In this document: piece after piece, positions 48,743 to 58,700 of the stretch
Layout: each line of letters opens with the position of its first letter
Numbering within the stretch: the stretch's first letter is position 1
Origin: Bacteroidales bacterium
GTDB taxonomy: Bacteria; Bacteroidota; Bacteroidia; Bacteroidales; UBA932
Direction of reading: 5' to 3'
Assembly (NCBI GenBank): GCA_017427385.1
Contig: JAFRSW010000011.1
Span: 94,519 to 158,518 of the forward strand
DNA: 64,000 nucleotides
The notes under the pieces: model-generated
The model's database searches: none
The model's input: the letters and a program-made list of their open reading frames with translations, nothing else
What the model was told of the DNA's origin: nothing
Position numbers and translations under genes: made by a program

Positions 48743-50187
48743 ATCACTCCGCTTCCTATCATTTCGCCGTCCGGGGCATACCACACGGCGAACTGGCCGG
48801 CGGTGATGCCACGCTGGGCTGAATCGAACAAAATAAACATGCCGTCCTCCCGGCGGAGGAGGGTTGCATCCTGCAGGGGCTGACGGTAGCGGATGCGCAC
48901 GCGGTAGCGGCGCGTCTCCCCCACTGCCATCTCCAGGTCCGGACGAATCCAGTGGAGTTCATCCGGCGCCACACGGAGGCAGAGGCGGGAAAGCCCGGGA
49001 TGCGTATGGCCCTCGCCGACATAGATTATATTCTTCTCTATATCCGTGGAAATCACGAAGATGGAATCCTTGTGACCGCCGATGTTAAGGCCCTTGCGCT
49101 GGCCTATGGTGTAGAACTGCGCACCCTCGTGACGCCCCACAATCTTCCCGAAAGGATTCTCCTTCCACCGTGTCTTGCGCACGTGTTTCTTGCCGGAACG
49201 GTAGGTCTCGGTCTCGAACTTGATTGCCTCGTAGCTCAGAGGCGTGGAAAGCGTCCTCAGGTCTTCATCAGTCATGAACGCAATCTTCGCATCGTCGAAA
49301 GGATGCGAATCTTCCACCGGAGTGGCCTTGTCTTCCGAGATGTAGTGGGAGATGACTGGCAGCGGACCTGAATAATCATCCTTCAGCATGCTGCGGACTA
49401 TGTCGCACTGCTGCTGATAAAGCGCATCCGACTCATAGAAAGCCGGATAGACCTCCACCACATCCCCCTCGACAGACTTGAGTTTCTGCTGCAGGAATGT
49501 AGGCAGATCCACCTTCCCAACGAAGCATATGCCCTGGGAATCCTTCTTGTCGGCAGACGGCAGGTCAGCCTCCTTCGCCAACCTCCGCACCTCGCTCTTC
49601 AGCATCCCCCCGATGGGAAAAATGGCCTTGGAAAGCTGCTCCTGGCTCAACTGGCACAGGAAATAGCTCTGATCCTTCCCCGGATCCACTCCCTCGAGTA
49701 TCCGGTATATGGTGTGCGGGCCTGTCGGACGGGCAATGCCCGTACAATCGGCCCCTTGCGGGTCATTGACGGGCCCTTTGCCCGTCGCGGAGGGCACGCG
49801 CTCAATGCGGGCGTAGTGGCCCGTCGCCACCATATCCGCCCCCATCTTCTGCGCCACCTTCAAGAACGCATCGAACTTGATCTCCCTATTGCAAAGCACA
49901 TCGGGATTCGGCGTACGCCCCTTGGAATACTCGTCGAACATATAGTCAACCACACGCTGGCGGTAGCTCTTGCTCAGGTCGACGAAATAGAAGGGAATCT
50001 CCAGTTTGCGGGCGACCATCTCGGCCACGAACTTGTCTTCTTCCCACTCGCAATCCCCATGCAGGGTGGCATCGGCATCGTGCCAGTTCTGCATGAACAT
50101 CGCGAAAACGTCGTATCCCTGCTGCTTGAGCAACAGGGCGGCAACGCTGGAATCGACTCCGCCGGACAGTCCTACGCAAATCTTCAT
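48739..50187 (-). CDS. mnmA: tRNA 2-thiouridine(34) synthase MnmA, with two internal insertions
   Basis: GLSGGVDSS, TPNPDVLCNREIKF, ATGHYA, KDQSYFL, DSQGICF, YTIGQRKGL. Confidence 0.95.
   Translation of the reverse strand: MKICVGLSGGVDSSVAALLLKQQGYDVFAMFMQNWHDADATLHGDCEWEEDKFVAEMVARKLEIPFYFVDLSKSYRQRVVDYMFDEYSKGRTPNPDVLCNREIKFDAFLKVAQKMGADMVATGHYARIERVPSATGKGPVNDPQGADCTGIARPTGPHTIYRILEGVDPGKDQSYFLCQLSQEQLSKAIFPIGGMLKSEVRRLAKEADLPSADKKDSQGICFVGKVDLPTFLQQKLKSVEGDVVEVYPAFYESDALYQQQCDIVRSMLKDDYSGPLPVISHYISEDKATPVEDSHPFDDAKIAFMTDEDLRTLSTPLSYEAIKFETETYRSGKKHVRKTRWKENPFGKIVGRHEGAQFYTIGQRKGLNIGGHKDSIFVISTDIEKNIIYVGEGHTHPGLSRLCLRVAPDELHWIRPDLEMAVGETRRYRVRIRYRQPLQDATLLRREDGMFILFDSAQRGITAGQFAVWYAPDGEMIGSGVI
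49712..49797. repeat. In-frame palindromic insertion in mnmA
   Basis: Hairpins ACGGGC-AAT-GCCCGT and GACGGGC-CCTTT-GCCCGTC; encodes VPSATGKGPVNDPQGADCTGIARPTGPH. Confidence 0.6.
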
Positions 50188-50247
50188 AAGACTACAAAGA
50201 TACTGCTTTTTCTGTTTCCAGAAAAAAATCACTAAATTTGAAATCGT

Positions 50248-52635
50248 ATGAAACGCATATTACTGGCTATCTGCCTCTTATCGGCATGCCTGGCCGCCCG
50301 CGCCGGGGAAAGCGTCAGCCTCGACGGAAAGTGGAAACTGGATTACTGGAAGCAGGGCCGCACGGCCGTGCTGGGGCCTGAAGACCTTGCCACACAGGGC
50401 ATAACCCCCAAGGCCATAGACGCTACTGTGCCCGGAAATGTGGAACTGGACCTGCTGGCCGCAGGCCTTATAGATAACCCCGAAATCGGCAGCAACATCT
50501 ATAAACTCCGCCCCTGGGAAGGCTTCCAGTGGCGTTACAGCAGGAGTTTCCAAACCCCTGCACATGGGGAAGAAGACTACCTGGAACTGGATTTCGAAGG
50601 CATAGACTGCTACGCGGAAGTCTGGTTGAACGGCAAGCACATCGGCTCCACCGACAACATGCTGATTCCATGGAAATTCGATGTCAGCGAAACCCTGCAG
50701 CCGGTCGGCGGCACCAACAGCCTGGAAGTCTACATCCGCTCCACGGTGCTGGAAGTGCGGAAGGAAATCCCTCCAGTATACGCCTACAACTGGGGCCGCA
50801 CCGAGGCGCCTTATGTGCGTAAGGCCGCCCATTCCTTCGGCTGGGATATCATGCCCAGGCTGGTGAGCGCCGGGCTCTGGCGGAGCGTGCGTATCAACAT
50901 AGAAAAACCAGCCCACATCAGGGACGTACACTGGACCACCAGAAGCCTTGATACAGCCAAAGGAACAGCCGATATCGCAATGGACTACGTTCTCACCCTT
51001 CCCGTTGATTATCAAGAAGATGCACTGACGGCAGAGATACTCCTGTCCTACAAGGGAGAGACCGTCTGGAAGGAAGTCTTCCCCATCCGCACACACGCTT
51101 TCAGGCATCGCGCCAGCCTCAGCAACGTGCACTTCTGGTGGCCCCGCGGATACGGCGAACCCGCCCTCTACGATGCCATCTTCCGCATCCGCGGTAAGGA
51201 CGGCAGCATCTGGGACGAGGACATACGCCGCATAGGCATACGTACCATCAGGCTCGACAATACCCAGACCCACACCAAGGACAATCCGGGCCGCTTCTGC
51301 TTCGTGGTAAACGGCGAGCCGGTGTTCATCAAGGGCAGCAACTGGACGCCACTGGACGCCCTCCACAGCCGGGACCCGCAGCATCTGGAGAAGGCTTTCG
51401 CGCTGGTAACCGACCTCAACTGCAACATGCTCCGCTGCTGGGGCGGCAACGTCTACGAAGATGATCCGTTCTACAAGCTCTGCGACGAGGCGGGCGTGAT
51501 GATATGGCAGGATTTCTCGATGGGATGCACGGCCTACCCGCAGACCGCGGATTTTCAGCAGAGGCTGGAGAAGGAACTCTACGCGGTTGTCCTGCGCCTC
51601 CGCAGCCATCCCTGCATAGCCCTCTGGGCCGGAAACAACGAGGATGACGTACTGATCGCCGACGGCGATTTCCGGGCCTGCAAGCCGGACCCGAACCGGG
51701 ATATAGTCACCCGCAGGACCATTCCGGAGGCACTTTTCGCCCTCGACCCGACACGCGACTATCTCCCATCCTCCCCCTGGTGGAGCCCGGAACTCATAAA
51801 AGAATACTACACTGCCAAGGCCCTGCCGGAAGACCACCTCTGGGGCCCTCGCGGCTACTACAAGGATCCCTTCTACTCCCAGTCCAATCCCCTCTTTGCC
51901 AGCGAGACCGGATACCACGGCATGCCCTGCCGCGAAAGCCTCGAGCAGATGTTCACCCCCGGCAACGTGTATCCATGGACGGGAGACTTCGAGTGGAACG
52001 ATGAATATGTGACCAAGGCAGTCCGCAAATGGAAGGAGGACACCGACAGGGATTCCCGCCGTAACAACCTGATGACCAAGCAGGTACGCATCCTTTTCGG
52101 AGATGTTCCCACCGACCTCGACGACTTCATCTTCGCCTCCCAGTCGGTGCAGGGGGAAGCTGTAAAGTACTTCATTGAGATGTTCCGCGCCGGCAAGTTC
52201 GACACCCGCACAGGCATACTCTGGTGGAACATCCGGGACGGCTGGCCCATCATCTCCGACGCGGTAGTAGACTGGTATTTCTGCCCGAAGCGCGCCTACT
52301 GGTACATCAAGCGGGCGCAAACCGATGTATGCGTGATGATTACCGATGCCGCGGACGGCGCACACCCGATAGTTGCGGTGAACGATACCCGCAAGCCGGT
52401 AAAGTGCAAGATTACCGTCAGGGATGCCGCAAGCGGCAAAACCGTATGGAGAGGAAGCACAAAACTGGAAGCAAACGGAAGGGCGGAACTTGCTCGCCTT
52501 GAACGCCCTAAAGGACAGGGAATCTGGCTGATGGAATACAGCGTGGACGGCGCCCCCACGGCACACAACCACTATCTTTACGGCGAACCGCCTTTCAAAC
52601 TTGAAGAATACCGCAGATTATTTGTATATTTGTGA
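50248..52635 (+). CDS. Glycoside hydrolase family 2, beta-mannosidase-like
   Basis: ATVPGNV, FEGID, RKAAHSFGWD, WWPRGYG, KGSNW, RCWGG, WAGNNE, FASETG. Confidence 0.88.
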   Translation: MKRILLAICLLSACLAARAGESVSLDGKWKLDYWKQGRTAVLGPEDLATQGITPKAIDATVPGNVELDLLAAGLIDNPEIGSNIYKLRPWEGFQWRYSRSFQTPAHGEEDYLELDFEGIDCYAEVWLNGKHIGSTDNMLIPWKFDVSETLQPVGGTNSLEVYIRSTVLEVRKEIPPVYAYNWGRTEAPYVRKAAHSFGWDIMPRLVSAGLWRSVRINIEKPAHIRDVHWTTRSLDTAKGTADIAMDYVLTLPVDYQEDALTAEILLSYKGETVWKEVFPIRTHAFRHRASLSNVHFWWPRGYGEPALYDAIFRIRGKDGSIWDEDIRRIGIRTIRLDNTQTHTKDNPGRFCFVVNGEPVFIKGSNWTPLDALHSRDPQHLEKAFALVTDLNCNMLRCWGGNVYEDDPFYKLCDEAGVMIWQDFSMGCTAYPQTADFQQRLEKELYAVVLRLRSHPCIALWAGNNEDDVLIADGDFRACKPDPNRDIVTRRTIPEALFALDPTRDYLPSSPWWSPELIKEYYTAKALPEDHLWGPRGYYKDPFYSQSNPLFASETGYHGMPCRESLEQMFTPGNVYPWTGDFEWNDEYVTKAVRKWKEDTDRDSRRNNLMTKQVRILFGDVPTDLDDFIFASQSVQGEAVKYFIEMFRAGKFDTRTGILWWNIRDGWPIISDAVVDWYFCPKRAYWYIKRAQTDVCVMITDAADGAHPIVAVNDTRKPVKCKITVRDAASGKTVWRGSTKLEANGRAELARLERPKGQGIWLMEYSVDGAPTAHNHYLYGEPPFKLEEYRRLFVYL

Positions 52636-52651
52636 GTTATAACACAAGATT

Positions 52652-53125
52652 ATGACCGAAAAAGAGATCAAAATCATATTCCACGAATACACTTCGCTGG
52701 ACGAGCTGGATAAGGAAGACCGCGAACTCGCGGATGCCGCAATAGATGCGATGAAGGGCTCATATGCGCCTTATTCCCATTTCAACGTGGGTGCGGCCCT
52801 GAGGCTTAGCAACGGAGTGATAGTGCAGGGAGCTAACCAGGAGAATGCCGCATTCCCTTCCGGACTCTGCGCCGAGCGCACGGCCATGTTCCACGCCGGA
52901 GCCTCATATCCCGACAAGGCCATGGTTTCGCTGGCGATAGCCGGAGGAGTTATGGGACGCCTTGCTAAGGCCCCTGCAACCCCCTGCGGAGCGTGCCGTC
53001 AGGTGATGGCCCAGTACCAGCTGAAGGGTGGCAGGCCCATGTCGGTGCTCATGATAGGAGATGGCCAGATATGGAAGTTCGACAAGGTCGACGACATTCT
53101 GCCCCTGATTTTTGACAGCATCTAA
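52652..53125 (+). CDS. cdd: Cytidine deaminase
   Basis: YAPYSHFNVGAA, NQENAA..GLCAER, PCGACRQ. Confidence 0.93.
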   Translation: MTEKEIKIIFHEYTSLDELDKEDRELADAAIDAMKGSYAPYSHFNVGAALRLSNGVIVQGANQENAAFPSGLCAERTAMFHAGASYPDKAMVSLAIAGGVMGRLAKAPATPCGACRQVMAQYQLKGGRPMSVLMIGDGQIWKFDKVDDILPLIFDSI

Positions 53126-53146
53126 AAAATTACGTATATTTGCAAC

Positions 53147-53243
53147 GGGAAAGTCGTACACGACCAGCTCCCTCCCAACTCCCCCAGGGCAGGAATGCAG
53201 CAAGGGTCAGAGGTTGTAGCGGTGCGATGTACTAAGCTTTCCC
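53147..53243 (+). ncRNA. ffs: Signal recognition particle small (4.5S) RNA
   Basis: GGGAAAG...CTTTCCC closing stem with the helix-8 core CAGGGCAGGAATGCAGCA. TATATTTG promoter at 53135-53142; T tract follows. Confidence 0.88.
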
Positions 53244-53255
53244 TTTTTTCGTTTT

Positions 53256-54722
53256 ATGAAGTCTGACATAATCATAATCGGCGGAGGTGCGGCCGGCCTT
53301 ATGGCCGCCTATGGAGCAGCATCCACCCTGGTGGCGGCAGGATCCGACGCCTCCGTGCTTCTTCTGGAAAAGATGCCCCGCCCAGGGCGCAAGATAATGA
53401 TTACAGGCAAAGGCCGCTGCAATTTCACAAATGTAAAGGATTGGAACGCCTTCAGCGCCCACATCCGCAGCAAGGCCAACTTCGTAAAACCCGCATTCTA
53501 CAACCTTACACCCGAAAAACTTGTAGAGTTCTTCGAATCCGTCGGCATGCCATCCGTGGTAGAGCGCGGAGACCGCGCCTATCCCTCATCCTATCATTCG
53601 ACAGATGTGATTGACACCCTGGTGCGTGCATGCCAGGGTGTCGGCGTAAAGATTGAAACTGAAGCCGAAATCTCATCCTGTCATTCCGAACCTGCGGAGC
53701 AGGTGAAGGAATCTCCTTTCACCATAACCACCGCCGATGGCCGAACCTACACCTGCAGCCGCCTCATAATCGCCACCGGTGGCCTCTCATATCCCGGCAC
53801 CGGCTCCACCGGCGACGGCTACCGCTTCGCCACCGACACCGGCCACACCCTCACCCCGCTCTTCCCCTCACTTACCGCCCTGGTCCCCCGCGGCTACAAA
53901 CTGACCACGCTTGATAATCAGGCACTTGCTGAAAGTCGTCTGGTAAAAAAGAACCAGACGACTACACCTAATCCGCTGATAATCAGCAGCACCACCGAAC
54001 TACCCCGCCATATCGACCGCAGCACGCCGCTGACCGAATTGGGCGAAAAGTTCCAGAACATACACCTGAAGAATGTCGGGGTGCAGTTGCTGATAGAAGG
54101 CACTGTGGCTGACAGCGAATTCGGTGACATAGACTTCACCGACGGCGGAATCGAAGGTCCGATAGGCTTCCAGCTTAGCCGGAAGGCGGTCAAGGCCCTG
54201 ATCAACGGCTCCCGCGTGAAGCTTGCCATTGACCTCAAGGCCGGAGTGCCGCTGCCCGAACTCACCGCCCGCGTGAAGGAACTGTGGATGCAGATAGACA
54301 AGGATCCCCGCAGCCGCGGGGTGCGCGAAAAGGAAAAGTGCCGCATCCTGCTGGGCAAGCTGATGCCCTGGGAGTTGATTCCGGCGTTCACCGCGGCCAA
54401 TCCCGGAATCATCACGCTGGAGAGGAAAGGACGCACCGACACCAAGGTCTGGGTTAATCTCCCCACCATAGCCAAGTGCTTGAAAGAGTGGGAGTTCGAC
54501 ATCGAAGGATATGTGGGATACGAGCGCGCCGTGGTAACCGCAGGCGGTGTCAGCACCGACGATGTAATCGCCAAAACGCTAGAATCCCGGAAGGTGCCGG
54601 GGCTCTATTTCTGTGGGGAAGTTCTGGATGTGGATTGCGATACGGGCGGCTACAATCTCCACTGCGCCTTTGCTACCGGCCTCCTCGCCGGCCAGTCGGC
54701 CGCTAAAAATCTGCTATCCTAG
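53256..54722 (+). CDS. HI0933/YhiN-family flavoprotein, with two internal insertions
   Basis: IGGGAAG, GRKIMITGKGRCNFTN, ATGGLSYPGTGSTGDG, VTAGGV, GEVLDVD.DTGGYNL. Confidence 0.92.
   Translation: MKSDIIIIGGGAAGLMAAYGAASTLVAAGSDASVLLLEKMPRPGRKIMITGKGRCNFTNVKDWNAFSAHIRSKANFVKPAFYNLTPEKLVEFFESVGMPSVVERGDRAYPSSYHSTDVIDTLVRACQGVGVKIETEAEISSCHSEPAEQVKESPFTITTADGRTYTCSRLIIATGGLSYPGTGSTGDGYRFATDTGHTLTPLFPSLTALVPRGYKLTTLDNQALAESRLVKKNQTTTPNPLIISSTTELPRHIDRSTPLTELGEKFQNIHLKNVGVQLLIEGTVADSEFGDIDFTDGGIEGPIGFQLSRKAVKALINGSRVKLAIDLKAGVPLPELTARVKELWMQIDKDPRSRGVREKEKCRILLGKLMPWELIPAFTAANPGIITLERKGRTDTKVWVNLPTIAKCLKEWEFDIEGYVGYERAVVTAGGVSTDDVIAKTLESRKVPGLYFCGEVLDVDCDTGGYNLHCAFATGLLAGQSAAKNLLS
53679..53716. 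repeat. In-frame REP-like hairpin (TGTCATTCCGA...GGAATCT)
   Basis: ATTCC-GA-ACCTGC-GGA-GCAGGT-GAA-GGAAT stem; encodes CHSEPAEQVKES. Confidence 0.6.
53905..53995. repeat. In-frame palindromic insertion with two TGATAATCAG boxes
   Basis: AGTCGTCTGGT-N8-ACCAGACGACT (53934-53963), flanked by TGATAATCAG at 53912 and 53977. Confidence 0.6.
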
Positions 54723-55722
54723 ATACAGGAGCCACATCCAATGACGTACGCTCACCGGCAAGATAATGATAGTAGCCGGCGATGGCGATCATAGCGGCAT
54801 TGTCCGTAGTGAACTTGAATTCAGGAAGATAGGTATTCCATCCGCGCTTGCGTCCTTCGGCCACGATGCGATCGCGCAGCCCGCTGTTCGCCGACACGCC
54901 GCCGCCGATGGTAATCTCGCGAATTCCCGTCTGCTTAGCTGCTTTTATCAGCTTGTCCATCAGGATGTCGATCAGCGTCTTCTGGAACGAAGCGCAGATA
55001 TCCTCCTTGTTCTTTTCCATGAAATCCGGATCCTTCGCAATCTCGTCCCGCACGAAGTAAAGAAGCGAAGTCTTGATGCCGCTGAAACTGTAGTCCAGCC
55101 CGGGGATATGGGGTTTTGCAAACTTGAAGCGCTCAGGATCGCCCAGTTTTGCAAGACGGTCGATCACAGGTCCGCCGGGATATCCGAGCCCCATCATCTT
55201 TGAGCACTTGTCGAAAGCCTCGCCAACGGCATCGTCTATGGTCTGACCAAGGATCTCGAAATCAAGCGGGGAATTCACCTTGACTATCTGGGAATTACCT
55301 CCCGAAACCAGCAGGCAGAGGTAAGGGAAGGACGGCTGCACCACAGGTTTGTCTTTCTGCTTCACGAAGCCTGCGAGGATATGCCCCTGCAGGTGATTGA
55401 CCTCAACTATAGGTATATCCAGGGCCAGCCCGAGGGCCTTGGCGAAGGACGTGCCAACCAGCAGCGAACCCAGAAGGCCCGGCCCGCGGGTGAAGGCGAT
55501 GGCAGTCAGGTCGGATGCGGAAATACCCGCCCTGGAAAGAGCTTCGCTGACAACCGGCACGATGTTCTGCTCATGCGCACGCGAAGCCAGTTCCGGTACC
55601 ACGCCGCCATAAGCCTTGTGCACATCCTGACTAGCGATCACGTTCGAGAGCAGCCATCCGTCGGAGATGACGGCAGCCGATGTGTCGTCGCAAGAAGACT
55701 CTATTCCTAAAATAATGTCCAT
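54703..55722 (-). CDS. tsaD: tRNA N6-adenosine threonylcarbamoyltransferase TsaD
   Basis: LGIESSCDDTS, YGGVVPELASRAH, NHLQGH, TIDDAVGEAFDK, GGGVSANS, TDNAAMI. Confidence 0.96.
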   Translation of the reverse strand: MDIILGIESSCDDTSAAVISDGWLLSNVIASQDVHKAYGGVVPELASRAHEQNIVPVVSEALSRAGISASDLTAIAFTRGPGLLGSLLVGTSFAKALGLALDIPIVEVNHLQGHILAGFVKQKDKPVVQPSFPYLCLLVSGGNSQIVKVNSPLDFEILGQTIDDAVGEAFDKCSKMMGLGYPGGPVIDRLAKLGDPERFKFAKPHIPGLDYSFSGIKTSLLYFVRDEIAKDPDFMEKNKEDICASFQKTLIDILMDKLIKAAKQTGIREITIGGGVSANSGLRDRIVAEGRKRGWNTYLPEFKFTTDNAAMIAIAGYYHYLAGERTSLDVAPVSRIADF

Positions 55723-55789
55723 TTCACCTGTTTTGAACGTGCAAATTTAAGCATTATTTCTTATTTTTGTAGATTACAATAAATGTGCA

Positions 55790-58700
55790 TTGACGAAAAG
55801 GAATCCTGACATAGCGGCCCGAATCTTTGGATTCATAGTACTGTTGCTGGCAACGGCAGCGGTGGCCGTGCAGTCTCCCGACGTGCAGTCCCGCCTGGTG
55901 CGCACCTTTCTGGAACGCAGCGCAGGCAAGATGGACGGCAGGATAGAATTCTCTTCCGTCAACTTCCAGTCCCCCGGTACCATCGCCCTCACGGACGTTC
56001 TCATCCTCGACAAGAATCCCTACGACGACAAGTTGGGCACCGGCAACCCCACCTGCGACACCATCTTTTTCGCGAAGGAAGTCAGGGGAACCGTCTCCAC
56101 CGGCATGCTGCTGAAAAAGAAGGGCCTGCACCTGAGCAGGGTGGAAGTCCGCGATGTGGATTTCTTCCTGGCGATGGAGCCTGACGCTCCCGGAAGAATG
56201 AACATCACCAGGGTGTTCGGCGAAGGCAATAAGGATTCCACATCCACCGGTTTCCCCATCAGCATATCCAAGATCTACGGGGAGAACATCCACTACAGGA
56301 TGTCCGAGTTCACGAAGTTACCCAAGCCCTGCACGCCCACGGCCATCAATTACGACAGACTGGATGCACAGGTCAGCACCATCACAGCGCACAACCTGAA
56401 CGTGAATGGCGGCAAGTTCTCCATGACGGTCGACAACGTCGACATAGTGGAAAAATGCGGAGCCGACGCCAAGGTCAGCATGCGCATGGACATCGACCGT
56501 CAGTTCATCCAGTTCCGGGACATCCACATAGTCGACGGCACCACCGATCTCCGCGCTCCCCTCTATTCCATGACAGGGACCACGCCCAACGCTTACAAGG
56601 ACTACTGCAGGGCGGTGCGTATGCGCCTGAAGGTCGCCAAGGGAAGCATAGTCTCGGCAAAGACCATTTCCAAGTTCTCCCTCGGGCAACTGGACAACAT
56701 GGACTTCCTTCTCGATATAGATGAAGCGGAAGCCGACGGATACGTAAGCGACCTCAACATTTCCAAACTCAAGTTTACCGATCTCTACGGAGGAATCAAG
56801 GGAGATGCCACATGCCGCCTCACCGGTATCACTCTCACCGAGGATTTCCTGTTGGATGCCAAAATAGGGAAGCTCAATTTCGCCACGGCCGGAGCCGAGA
56901 AAACCATCAGACGCATGACGGGTAAGGACGTGAAACTGAAGAACTTCGCCCCAGGGCAGAAGATCAGTTTCTCCGGCAATGCGAAGGGGCCTCTCAGCAA
57001 ACTCGCCGCCAAGGGAAAGATCAAGACAGGCAATGGCAGCGCAGATGCCGACCTCACCATAAAAAATCTTGCAAGCAAGACGGAGGGTACGGAGGTCGGA
57101 GGAGTTGTGCGCGCCCACAACCTCGGTCTCGGCCGCATCATCGACAAGGATTTCCTCGGAAACGTTACCGCAAACACCGGCTTCAAGGCCGTTCTCAACA
57201 AGGATAACGTCTCCGTCAAGGTGGACTCCCTGATGATAGACCGCCTGGGCCTGCTCGGTTATGACTACACCGGGATCGCCGCTGCCGGCACTTACTCCGA
57301 CAATGCCTTCGACGGCAAGATAATCTGCGCGGATCCCAATCTGAACTTCATTTTCCAGGGAATATTCAACCTTTCCCCGAAGACAAAGAACGCCCTCTAC
57401 AAGTTCTCCGCCAACGTTGGATATGCTGATCTGGAGGCTCTGAACCTCGACACCCGCGGAGGCACATCCAAGGTTTCTGCAGAACTCAGCGCCAACCTGA
57501 TGAAGATTCCCCGCGGGGACCTGCTCGGCGATTTCAACATCTACGACCTCACTCTTGAAAACGACAACGGAGTCAAGTATATAGGAGACGTTTACGCCGG
57601 TTCCCATACTACCGGCGGCACCAGCCGGGCACAGATCAGCTCCAGCTTCCTGGATGCAGGATATGTGGGAAACCGGAGCATAACGGACCTGTTCAACGAT
57701 ATCCAGGCAATCACAACCAGGCGCGAACTTCCGGCCATCTACAGCAGGAAAGACAAAGACAAGGGTGACCCTGATGCCAACTACGACATTACCGTAGATT
57801 TCCACGACAGCCGGGACATCCTGTCCTTCATCAAACCAGGAATGTACATATCCGATTCCACGAAGATAGACCTTCGCATGGCGAACGGAGACCTTTCCGG
57901 CATCATCCACTCCTCCCGCATGGCCTACATGACCAACTACCTCAAGGGGCTGGACATCATCCTCGACAACCAGGGCGGCAGCCTTAACGCTTCGGTGCTG
58001 ACAGATGAATTCAGGATGGGCCAGATAGGTTTCGTGAACAGCGCCCTGATTGCATTCGCCCAGAGCAACGGATTCTTCCTCAGTTTTCACTACGACAACA
58101 TCAGCGGCATGGACAATGTGGGAGAACTCTACCTGGCTGGAAACATAGAAAGAGATGCCACAGACACCCTCATAGTGCACGCCAAGCCTCTGTCGTCCTA
58201 TGTCCGCTTCGAGGATTCCCAGTGGGATCTCGCCGAATCCGACATAACCTACCGTTCAGGAGAAGCCAGTTTCAACAACTTCTCCATCGTCAACGGCGAC
58301 CAGGCAATACGCATCAACGGCGGTATCTCCAGGAGCATGACCGACACCCTGACCGTCGGCATCGACAATGTAGACATGAGCCTCATCAACCACTTCACGG
58401 GCAAAGACTACGGCTTCGCAGGACGGACTACCGGCCGGGGCATACTGTCTTCTCCGCTGAAGGGGGACATGATGGGAATGGTTAACCTGAACTGCGATTC
58501 GCTGGCTGTCGCCGGAGAGAATGCCGGATCGCTCCGCATGGCCCTGGTATGGGATAAGGCGGCGGACAAAGTCAGTGCTTTCATCCGCGATATAAACGAC
58601 GGCCTGGACGCCCTCAACATCAAGGCGAACTACGCTATTTCGAACAAGATCCTGGATGCCTCTGCAGTCGCCGACGGCCTGCATCTGGCATTGCTCTCTC

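Noticed and set aside
50278-52572. Very long antisense ORFs (also 5122-6735, 24065-25564, 56318-58180, 1412-2551)
   Set aside because: They are shadows of GC3-biased sense genes and carry no recognisable motifs.
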